From Paragordius varius (Eukaryota; Animalia; Nematomorpha), in assembly GCA_964247055.1 (NCBI GenBank), contig OZ176051.1, positions 3,906,001-3,970,000 of the forward strand: DNA of 64,000 nt, in the 5' to 3' direction. This document shows positions 1 through 10,300 of this stretch, piece after piece; position 1 is the first letter of the stretch; each line of letters starts with the position of its first letter. A program made the translations under genes and the position numbers. Under the pieces are notes generated by a model that did not search any database, was not told the origin of the DNA, and saw nothing but the letters and a program-made list of their open reading frames with translations.

Positions 1-590
1 TTGTATCAACATGATGTGTGGCAAAAAGCATAGCACTATATGCATAATCTAGCAACTAATGATACAATAATGAAAAAATTTACATCATCCTTGACATAGG
101 TTTTAAACAACAAAGTTTCCCAGGTTCTGTGAAACTTCAAGTTGGGTAAATTATAACTTTTAAGTGCAAAAATATTGTCACTTTCACTCGTCGGTTGATT
201 CATGTCCTCATTTATTTCATCCAAATTAGATCCATCAACGAACAGGCTATAGAGATGGAATTGGACTTCATTATTTTGTAGATCTAAAAACTATTTTATT
301 TATTTTTAAGCAATTTTACTGCCCCTTCTCCCCCATTCGGTTTATCAATGTTTACTGATATTATCTTATTTTGCAAATAATCATCATTAAATTGTTCAAA
401 CTTTAAATTACTTTCCACATAAAGCATCGAAAATGATTTCAAAAATTCAGTTAGTTTGTCCTTTATACGACCGTAATCAACATCGCTACATAAAATAAAT
501 TTATATAATTTACCAATCAGATAATTGAACCTCGATATGAAATGTATTTTTAGATAAATTAGACCGTTGACTAGAAGTAATTATATTCAT
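1..590 (-). CDS. TRIP13: Pachytene checkpoint protein 2 / TRIP13 AAA+ ATPase, 5' part (exons 590-514, 485-320, 290-84, 55-<1; continues off the window)
   Basis: Removing three GT-AG introns (513-486, 28 nt; 319-291, 29 nt; 83-56, 28 nt) gives an open frame: MNIITSSQRSNLSKNTFHIEVQLSDC...FLDLQNNEVQFHLYSLFVDG...DNIFALKSYNLPNLKFHRTWETLLFKTYVKDDLLDYAYSAMLFATHHVDT. This aligns by eye to human TRIP13 ENIIAANHWVLPAAEFHGLWDSLVYDVEVKSHLLDYVMTTLLF. Confidence 0.88.
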
Positions 591-649
591 GTCAATAAAA
601 TTTACTAATCGTCTGCTTATTTATTTATTAGAAAAATGTATGTATAAAA
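591..649 (-). promoter_or_regulatory. 59-bp spacer between the ASNS stop and the TRIP13 start codon
   Basis: The minus strand reads ttttatacatacatttttctAATAAATAAATAAgcagacgattagtaaattttattgac-ATG, with AATAAA repeats followed by AG dinucleotides. Function is inferred. Confidence 0.5.
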
Positions 650-2683
650 TTATGAATCACATAAGGTTGTCCCAGAAACAAGTTTTTGAATCTGCTTTGG
701 TCTTATATCGTATGTTGAAAGGACACGAGCCGAAGGATCCACCAACTTGATTCGTTCATTTTCTGGAAACCAATCTAACCGTGGCATCCAATTTTTGGTT
801 ACTAATGGCGGATGATTAGGAAATAATTCATCATATATTTTTCTATAATAGTATGCTTCTTTAGTCAATGGACGTGGTGGTGCCAGTTTTGGAACTTTCT
901 CCTCAAACTCGGAATCTGAAATTAAGGTGTTAATTTTTGCTATTAATTTATCCCTGAATTCATAGTTGACACCATCCGAAAACGCCTCCTTTTTTCGCCA
1001 TAAAACTTCACGAGGTAAATAATCCCCCTTTTCAAACGCTTTGCGCAATATATGTTTCTCCATTCGGTCATTGACACCGTGCATTTTCATGTTTGCAGGG
1101 ATACGAAAGAGCACATATGGAAAAAGTTTTTTATCCAAGAATGGTTCTCTCATTTCCAAACCAAAGTATGCTAGAGTTCTATCTGAGCGTAGCGCATCGA
1201 ATTGATATAAGTTTTGGCAAAGATCGATAACCTCTTCAGAGAATTCGTTTGGTGAAGGTGCTCGCTTTAAATAACTGTATGAGCCAAATGTTTCTTCCGC
1301 TCCCTCACCAGACATAAGAACTTTGACATCGGTGCGATCCCTGATATATTTCGCCATTATAAATTGGCCAATACTGGCACGCACTGTAGTACAATCCCAA
1401 CTTCCAAGAGCCCAAATAACCTCCCGAATAGATTTAAACGCTTCATCAAAAGTAAATTCAATACGGTGATGCTTTGTTCCCAGCTTATCAGCCACCATTT
1501 GAGCATATTCAAGGTCTGGTGAATACGAGGTACCTTGTTCCGATCTCATACCCACTGAAAATGTGTGTAGTGTACTTAAATGAGGTTGCTTAGCACAGTT
1601 ACACACATGTTGAGTTTGTGAGTTTACATTGAATATATTTCCGTTTGGTGAAGTGACATCATGATCATCGGCATCGTCGTTATCGTATGATTTGTGAAAT
1701 TTATCTATTTCATGTTTATGGGTAGGAGAATAAGACATTCGCCTTCCTTGATTTTCAGCTGATTCCTGCTGCATGTCTCCATTGGCCATTTTGAGATCAG
1801 TTGGTGACGACTCTAGGTGTCCATTATGGTCGAGTCGTTTTCGTTTGTTAAATAAACACTGTGTGGAATGATAGGTAGTTGCTTTAGCCCCAGAATAATA
1901 TCTACTCACTATACTTGCAATAAGGCTAGAATCTAACCCACCAGATAAAAGACATCCAATCGGTCTATCACTTATCAATCTTTTTTTGACTGATTGGATA
2001 AGATATTCTTCTATAGTTGAACAGACAGTTTTTTCATCAGCAAACTTTAGGGGAGCCACGTCAATCCGGTCAGGACCATGATACCAATCAAAAAAGGGAT
2101 TGTATGAGAGACCCTCTTCTGCCGAAACAGGCTGTCCAATGTTGTGTACTATGAATGTGCCTGGTTTAAACCGTTCTATGCGTATGGCATTCAAACCAAA
2201 AAGCGATTTTTCTTCCGAACAAAATGCCAATTCCCCTTCCGGCAAATAGGCCACAAACAACGGTCTTACCCCAATTATATCATTCCCCGCAATAATTTTG
2301 TCATGATCCCTTATGACAAACGCATAAACACCATCAAGTTCACGAACCATGGCCTCCACTCCAAAATGATGATATAAATGTAACATGACATCAGAATCGC
2401 TACCTGACCTAGGGTGATAATCATAGATGTCTTTAAGCGTTTTATAGTTATAAATTTCTCCATTTGTAACGATAACTTGCGCCGGATCATCAGGGTGAAA
2501 TATGGGCTGATGCCCTAATTCACTGCTATCAATAATAGCTAAACGGTGAAAACCAAAAATGACTCCAGGGCATATACTAATAATTTTACTGAATTCGGGT
2601 CCCCGATGCCGAATTTTATCAAAATGTGGTCTGAGTTTTTCGACTGAATACTTGTGTCCCAAATATACGAATATTCCACACAT
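650..2683 (-). CDS. ASNS: Glutamine-dependent asparagine synthetase, intronless, 677 aa, with a ~100-aa insertion
   Basis: N-terminal MCGI (Ntn nucleophile Cys), RHRGP, GFHRLAI, NGEIYN, the LSGGLDSS ATP-pyrophosphatase motif, TTVRAS, EKHILRKAF, WRKKEAFSDGV and the C-terminal WMP...DPSARVL typical of animal-type ASNS. Confidence 0.97.
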   Translation of the reverse strand: MCGIFVYLGHKYSVEKLRPHFDKIRHRGPEFSKIISICPGVIFGFHRLAIIDSSELGHQPIFHPDDPAQVIVTNGEIYNYKTLKDIYDYHPRSGSDSDVMLHLYHHFGVEAMVRELDGVYAFVIRDHDKIIAGNDIIGVRPLFVAYLPEGELAFCSEEKSLFGLNAIRIERFKPGTFIVHNIGQPVSAEEGLSYNPFFDWYHGPDRIDVAPLKFADEKTVCSTIEEYLIQSVKKRLISDRPIGCLLSGGLDSSLIASIVSRYYSGAKATTYHSTQCLFNKRKRLDHNGHLESSPTDLKMANGDMQQESAENQGRRMSYSPTHKHEIDKFHKSYDNDDADDHDVTSPNGNIFNVNSQTQHVCNCAKQPHLSTLHTFSVGMRSEQGTSYSPDLEYAQMVADKLGTKHHRIEFTFDEAFKSIREVIWALGSWDCTTVRASIGQFIMAKYIRDRTDVKVLMSGEGAEETFGSYSYLKRAPSPNEFSEEVIDLCQNLYQFDALRSDRTLAYFGLEMREPFLDKKLFPYVLFRIPANMKMHGVNDRMEKHILRKAFEKGDYLPREVLWRKKEAFSDGVNYEFRDKLIAKINTLISDSEFEEKVPKLAPPRPLTKEAYYYRKIYDELFPNHPPLVTKNWMPRLDWFPENERIKLVDPSARVLSTYDIRPKQIQKLVSGTTLCDS

Positions 2684-5600
2684 TTTTATAGAATAAATTT
2701 ATAGTATTTTTTTATTTTAAATATAATTGGCGAAATCGCTGAGTTAAAATATTTTATTCGAATTAAGTATTATATTGTATTGTAAAAGATTAAGTGTTCG
2801 TGTATGATGTAAGATTGCAAAAAAAGTAAATAAATGTATTATGTATAAAAATATTTTTAAATATTTGTTTATTTAGTCTGCTAGATTTTTATAATTTATT
2901 TCATTATGTATTTATTTTAAACAATAAAAATTTATGACCATAAAATTATAATTGAACTTAATTTGCATATCAAATTTCATCCACGTGTAATATTTACATG
3001 CATCGGCTTGGATTGTGTTTAGAGAGTGAATTGTTTTCTTATGCAAATTATGATTTTCAGTAAAGCCATATACTTAACGAAGGATGTCTCTACTGTAAAT
3101 AATATTTAATTTTATTAATTCGGAATAGGTTTAAACTTAGGTTAGTTTTATAAACTTTGTAAACAACAATTGGAGTTAACTTTTATAGATGCTATCTCGA
3201 TATAAAAATGAGCATATGTTTTCATGTTAATAGCATCTTATTTTTAGATATCTTTTATACATTTAAAAACACATCGCTTACTATATTTTTTTAAGAAAAT
3301 AATTATATAATTTAATTTTTATCAACTAATTAAAAAATCTATTCACAATGGGAAATTATTTATGTTGCCTTTTTAATATTGTAAAAACTAATATAAATTT
3401 TTATTGTTTAACTATGTCTATGCTATTCGATTAAAACGCAAAGAGAAATAAAAATTATAATTGATAAATTATCCTAATATAATATTTTAATTACCTGTTT
3501 AATATCAAAAGTTACATTTTTTTAGTTAACCTTTTGAGAAAAGCATAAAAAATGGGATCTCAAATCTTAAAAAGTGTTTATTATTTAACACCCCTACTAG
3601 CCACGTTTTTATGATTTTTCGATTACAGTAACGAAAGCTTTGGCTATTTCAGGGTTTAAACTGATGTATATATTAATTTTTTTTGTTAACATTATTTTAT
3701 TGCGAACAGGCGCCACTCTTTTTTTGTAGCTATTCCAAGTAAAAATATACTAAATAAAAATCATTCATATAAACAGTAAATCCAAACCTCTTTTAGTTAA
3801 TTAAAATACCAATTGACTATTAATAGCTTTCGCAACTGTAATATTTGATCCACTTGCATATAATCAGAATTTTTACTAATGAACGGAATTGGCTACTTTA
3901 GGCACGACATCGTTAATATTATCCACGTTTTTCTGTAAAATAACGAGGTAAATTACTTCCTATGTAATCAGTGGAAAATAATAAGATAAATTGATTTTGT
4001 AATAATATATAGAAATGGTTTAAACTTTAAAGCAATTTTTTTAAACAGGTCCATTTAAATTTAATAATGGTAATGTGTAATTATTATAAAAGACTATCCT
4101 CAACGGAAAAAACAAGGGCTCCAATAAATTACCATAAACTAAAAACCATGTGTCAAAGCGATTTTCGAGATTTTATTAATCGTAGCGTGGCAATTTATTA
4201 AGCCTTCCCGCAAAGGCGTTTTTCGCAAACAACGTGATCCAACATATTTCTGAGTAAATACCCGAGCATAATAAACATGACTTTGAACTTAAATTCCAGT
4301 AAATATATAGCCCCAAGGAAAAAATTGTTTATGACATTTATTGTTTTCAATACTCTACTGTATTCAAATTGCCAAACTATAGTGTTAAATAAGCAACCAT
4401 TCATACTGGAATTGTGGCCATTTAGTTCTTTCTACGTAAACTGATCGTTTTTTAATCTAGTCCTAGTATTTAACTTATGAACATCCTCCAAAAAATAAAA
4501 TTTTTCGGCAGTAGTTAGTAAAAAAATGGCCATCATGTATGAAAATTCTGGTTTTATAATTAGAGCTCATCGTTGATTGATCCCTGAGTAAAGCGCTATC
4601 CTTTGGATCGGAATATAATTGCGTAAAGCCTAACAAAGCGTTTAATAACTGGATTAAGGCCACCTTCTACTGAAAGCATTCACAACGTAGAAACATATCA
4701 AGTCAGACAAAAAAGAATTTTCTCTATCGCCGCAAATACGTTAATATGGCGCTCGAGCAGGTGTTTTTATGTCAGATCTCTTAACCCTAATATTATTTGA
4801 TCTTATTTACTCGAATTGAAAGTTGTTTTTGAAACTTTTTGTTGGAATCAATGTAGGGACATTTGTGTTAAATCGTAGCTCAGTTGTTTTTGAAGTGTGC
4901 AAAACTTAACGAAGCCTTTTTAAAAATACCTCGAGGTAAGCCCTACCCTGTATAAAAAGGAGTTTTTGAAGGAAAATTCCAGACATGGGTATTCGGGAGG
5001 GTAATAAAAAAATGTAGGTTCTACAAATTTAATAATATCATTAATATTCATATGTTTTATTTACTGAAAAATTTTCTTGGGAAAACGTGTTCGCCGACTT
5101 AATTTAGGTATATCGGTTACCTAAGCCCCAAGCATTCTTTGAAATAGAATTTATTTGTTAAATTATGGTAGTAATTAATTTAGCTCCGCCGATTTAGCAT
5201 CGAGCTTTAGAATTATGGTTGGCACCACATTACTTATATGTAGATTTATAGAGAAGAAATATTCGTGTTTTAAAGTTTTTTTAAAATCCGATTAGTTACT
5301 CTATTTAATTAAATGTATATTCTATATCTATAGTGCGAAATACATAAATCGCTTTCATAATAATTAGCCGCTGGGTTTGTTTTCACCTTAAATTAAGTGC
5401 GTTAAAAGATGTTCTTAAAATCGTCTGTTAAAAAAATAAATCTTCCGATTGTTAGGGAAGCGTTATTTTTAACTTATCCACATTTAGGCTAATCGCCGTG
5501 AATACGCGGTGTATTTCAATTTTATGATAATAAATTGTGTCTTTGAGCAATTATCGGATATGGTATTCCAAATTAATCTTTATCAAAGGCACGCCTTAAT

Positions 5601-5960
5601 GCGACGATAATAGTCTAGCCCTAATTTACTTAGGCTTTAAGTGGATCGATTTGTGTTTAAAATATGGACAAGAAGGGCATTTTTACCAGAAAACATGCAA
5701 GCCCAAACAATAACACAAATCATATAAAAAAATATTCGTATATGCCGGTCACTAAATCTAATTTAAAAATTTTATATAACATCTTGCCTTAATTGTTAAT
5801 AGAGATAACCTTAATTTTTACCACATTTAATCATCTTCTTAGAAGCGATATATCGATATCTAACAGGTTAAAACTAAAATAAACCTTATAAATTTCGATA
5901 AATATAAAAAACTCGTTTAATCTATAATAATTTATTGTTATCCATAAATTTATATGTATA

Positions 5961-7325
5961 TCAGCTCTTTGCCGCACAACCAGGGCATGCATAAAGACTT
6001 TGTTTAATGAAATTTTCACAATCTACACAATATCTCTCGTTACATGCTTCACATTGGTAACATTTTATACTTTGTTCACTTAAATCGGGTATGATATCAT
6101 CTTTATTCAGGTTTGACAATATGTTTGTTGGTACATTAGAAATTTGGCAAGAGCAGGCAAAACATTGAAGTGGCGTTGGTGTGGGCAAATCTTCGCTGTT
6201 CAAAGCCTTAAAAACCGGTAAGGGAAATAATTGACTATAGGATCGGGCTAAATGAGGCGCGGAAACTAAAGTAAGTTGACACACCTTACATTCTATGGGG
6301 AGATGACAATACTGGGCAAAGCATATAGGACAACTGTAATAACCTTTAGGAAGCAAATTTTTATTAGTTTGTATATCATCTTCGCTTTCTTCCATGTTAT
6401 TAGGGTCATTTTTATCGTTTATAAAAGTGTCGAGAGAATTGGTTAAATGACAAGCACAAAAGGGTCCTACACTATCGGCAACATTAGAATTCGATGTATT
6501 GGAGTAGGATATATATTTTGGGAATCCGACACGCAAAAGCATAGCTTGAGATTCTTGAATCGTTTCAGGGGCATTACTATCATTGGTATCAGTGTTGTTA
6601 ACATTTTGAAAAAGAGATATATAATTGGAAAGCAACATTTTTTCAAATTGTCCGGAATCACTAGGGACAATAAATCGACCTAACGTTTCATTTGCTACTT
6701 GTTTAAAAATAAAGGTTTCCACAGCCGCAGTTTGAATAAAAGAACAAACAATATGATGCTTTCTGAATTGATCAATAGTTAAATTTATATCTCCTGGATC
6801 ACAAGTGGTGAGTGAGCCAAAAATAGTTAAACATTCCCGAATGGTCAATGATGAAATAGGACTTAAAATTTTATAAGCTAGCCTTAGGGAGTTTTGCAGA
6901 GAGGGTTCTCCTTTAAATATCCATTTAAAATTTGTTAAAGAACTGTCAGGATTTTCAACCCCCTCCAATTTAGAAAGCGATTCTTTCAGGAGTTGTTGCA
7001 GGGCATTAATGTGATAACTGGGATTGCCACTAAGGTTTGAAAGTAAAGTAACACGCTTATTAGATGTCCATAAAATTGCCAACTGACTTAAGGGATATGC
7101 ATCAAAGAATGATCCAACAAATTTGATAAGAGTTTGAATGAAAAATATGCCTTTACATGGTCGATAGTTTTCCATATCGTTTAACTGCATATTGATTTCG
7201 GACAAATCAAGAATAATCACCAAATGCCTCATCATAGATAATTTTTGCTTATCTTTAAATTTTTTTTTAAGTAAATCTTGTTCCATAGATATGTCAGTGT
7301 TTTGATAATTTATTGGATTGTCCAT
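5961..7325 (-). CDS. GTF2H2: TFIIH subunit p44 (Ssl1), intronless, 454 aa
   Basis: vWA/Ssl1 region MMRHLVIILDLS...LSGNP...GEPSLQNSL...SLTTCDPGDI, C4 finger YYSCPICFAQYCHLPIECKVCQLTLVSAPHLARSY...LFPL, and C-terminal C1-like finger CFAC...YQCEACNERYCVDCENFIKQSLYACPGC. Confidence 0.96.
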   Translation of the reverse strand: MDNPINYQNTDISMEQDLLKKKFKDKQKLSMMRHLVIILDLSEINMQLNDMENYRPCKGIFFIQTLIKFVGSFFDAYPLSQLAILWTSNKRVTLLSNLSGNPSYHINALQQLLKESLSKLEGVENPDSSLTNFKWIFKGEPSLQNSLRLAYKILSPISSLTIRECLTIFGSLTTCDPGDINLTIDQFRKHHIVCSFIQTAAVETFIFKQVANETLGRFIVPSDSGQFEKMLLSNYISLFQNVNNTDTNDSNAPETIQESQAMLLRVGFPKYISYSNTSNSNVADSVGPFCACHLTNSLDTFINDKNDPNNMEESEDDIQTNKNLLPKGYYSCPICFAQYCHLPIECKVCQLTLVSAPHLARSYSQLFPLPVFKALNSEDLPTPTPLQCFACSCQISNVPTNILSNLNKDDIIPDLSEQSIKCYQCEACNERYCVDCENFIKQSLYACPGCAAKS

Positions 7326-7387
7326 GCTGATTTTATAAATATAACATATTTACAACAATTTTGAGTTATCAAATTATTTTGAAAAAT
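7326..7387. promoter_or_regulatory. 62-bp head-to-head (bidirectional) promoter between GTF2H2 and RanBP2
   Basis: The GTF2H2 ATG is at 7325 (-) and the reconstructed RanBP2 ATG at 7388 (+). The spacer is very AT-rich. Confidence 0.7.
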
Positions 7388-10300
7388 ATGGTTGTAGAAA
7401 ATACGATGAACCAGGAAATCGAAAAGTTAATAAATAGAGCTCCGAATTCCGAAAAAGTTTATCAATAATTAATTTAAGGATAAAAAATTACGTGGCTACA
7501 TAGTTGCGAAATTAGCATTTGAAAAATATGGTAAAATGGATGTTGCCAAAAAGTTATATTTGAATAATTTGCCAGATATTTGGACTTATATTTGGAAGAA
7601 AGACCACATAATATACCAGCATTGCTTTTAATGGGGGACATCCTATTTTCCCAAAAAAGTTATATGGACGCATACTTCCATTACACAAAGTATCCTCTCA
7701 TTTATATTTTAGAATTTACGATATTAACAGCTTACAAAAGGAGGTACTTTTGAAGAGTAAGATTTTTTATTTATATAATTAGTTTGTAATTGTTTGATCA
7801 AATGCCAAAATATGGACGAAGAAGAATCTAAAGTATAAAGGAAAAAAATAATATTTTTAGAAATGGTTAAATATAACCCAAGAATTTTATGGCAACAAAG
7901 ATGTAGTGCGCCAACTTAAAGTTTAATTTTCCTCTATAAATTTTAGCATAAAATCAATCTAAAATCATACAACAATTCATCTATAAACGGCCATATTCAA
8001 AGTATAACTCTTTTTTAATAACTTAGGTAATGTAAATGATGAAAATTTTTATGATACCCTTAATTCGAATACCTCTCCAATAAAATCCGAACCAGTTGAT
8101 AAAGAAAACTTTTATTCTCCACAAAGCCCGGCATATCATTCACCTATCCAAAGTCCCAATCCTCACAATTCTTTGTTTAGATTATCTAATTTACAAAAAG
8201 GTTTTAAAGGGAACATACATACATATATATATATATATATACCATTTCCCAGTCTAAATAAACGTTTTCCCAGTCAATCGAAACATTTTCCCAGTCAATA
8301 AAAATATTTTCCCAGTCAATCGAAACATTTTCCCAATCAATCGAAACGTTTTCCCAGTCATTCGAAACGTTTTCCCAGTCAATCGAAACATTTTCCCAGT
8401 CAATCGAAACGTTTTCCCAGTCAATCGAAACATTTTTCAGTCAATAACATTTTCCCAATCAATAAAAACGTTTTCCCAGTCAATAAAAACGGTTTTATTT
8501 TTGATGATAAATATCAAAACAAGAATATAAAAACAACTTTTAACCATTATTAGCGTAATATTAGGATATAATTTTATATAAAAACACAATTATTGAGTGA
8601 CAGTTTTTCCAAGTATATTCCAGTGGACAATCATTAATGACTTATTCTTTAGTTATATTTTTGGAATTTGAGTTAAGATAATGTTTTTTATTTTATCTAT
8701 GGTTCGCATTTATATTTGCGGCTAACTTAAAAAATCTATTACGGAGGAATTAATGAAATTTTTTAAAAATACACCATTTTTATCACAAAGGTCATTTAAC
8801 ACTTAATATTGGATCTTAAACATATATTTTACCCTAATTTTATAATATTTATCATTTGGTTCATCAAGGGCATAAGGCGGCCTTCCGAGTATCTTTGTGC
8901 GGTCGTGAAAAATTTGGAAATCCATATGCAAAAATATGCCCACAAAATCTCAGTAATATTCATATTTCTTACGCAATTATTATGAATGAATCTAATAAAT
9001 TGGTAATGAATCAAAAAAAATTGTTATATTGTGTTTGTATTTTACAGTCTTATAAAATTATGTGAATGCCCGTATATATTTCGAATGAAGAACCGTGTGC
9101 TTTTTGAGTTAAAATGCGGCCCGCGAAGGCATTTAGTTGGACACCCTTGTTTTAGTCAAATATCCTTTTTATTAAATATTAAATTAAAAACATTTTTATC
9201 AAAAAAAATTTTCGTTAAGATATTTTTTCCGACAGTATTTTAATCGACAAACCGGACATATTTAAAAACTATTTGAAGCGTTGCGCATATATTAATGCGA
9301 ACCATCGATAAAATAAAAAACATTATCTTAACTCAAATTCCAAAAATATAACATTTAAAGAATAAGTCATTAATGATTGTCCACTGGAATATACTTGGAA
9401 AAACTGTCACTCAATAATTGTGTTTTTATATAAAATTATATCCTAATATTACGCTAATAATGGTTAAAAGTTGTTTTTATATTCTTGTTTTGATATTTAT
9501 CATCAAAAATAAAACCGTTTTTATTGACTGGGAAAAAGTTTTTATTGATTGGGAAAATGTTTTTATTGACTGGGAAAATGTTTCGATTGACTGGGAAAAC
9601 GTTTCGATTGACTGGGAAAATGTTTCGAGTGACTGGGAAAACGTTTCGATTGATTGGGAAAATGTTTCAATTGACTGGGAAAACGTTTCGATTGACTGGG
9701 AAAATGACGTTTTCCCAAGCAATAAAAACGTTTTCCCAGTCAATAAAAACGTTTTCCCAGTCAATAAAAACGTTTTCCCAGTCAATAAAAACGGTTTTAT
9801 TTTTGATAATAATATCAAAACAAGATACAAAAATAACTTTTAATCATTATCAGCGTAATATTAGGATATAATTTTGCAAAAAAACACAATTATTTAATGA
9901 CAATTTTTCCCATATATTCCACAACACAATTTTTAACTTATCTTTGAAAGCTATATTTTATTAGCTGGATGAGTATTTGATGGTTTTAGAGATTTTTTTA
10001 AGAAAATTAATAGTTATTTTATTTTATCAATCGTTCGCATTAATATTCGGGGCTAACCTAAAATATCCAATGTTTCGGATTGAATTATAAATTTAAATGT
10101 ATTTTCAACTCTTTACAATCAAAAAGGAAACCTTCCAACTTTGTCCTTGATTAAAATACTGTTTTAAAAAATAATTTTACGATGAAAAAGTTGATTTTAA
10201 TGAAATATTGGATAAAATACAAATTAATAATATTATGTATGGCAAGTTTATGTTAATTTGAGATGTATAAGTATGAAATTTTAATGTTTAAGGGCTAACC

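Noticed and set aside
650-2683. Horizontal transfer of the intronless ASNS from bacteria or viruses
   Set aside because: TTVRASIG and the C-terminal WMP...DPSAR motifs fit the animal-type clade, and lack of introns alone is not evidence. A phylogeny would be needed.
4140-4780. GC-richer patch with two short minus-strand ORFs between ASNS and GTF2H2
   Set aside because: I could not assemble a spliced frame or recognise a protein or RT motif in the right order. It may be a decayed element.
5961-7325. Idea that GTF2H2 loop insertions are retained 3n micro-introns
   Set aside because: The insert inspected is not bounded by GT...AG and has coding-like composition; the others were not tested exhaustively.
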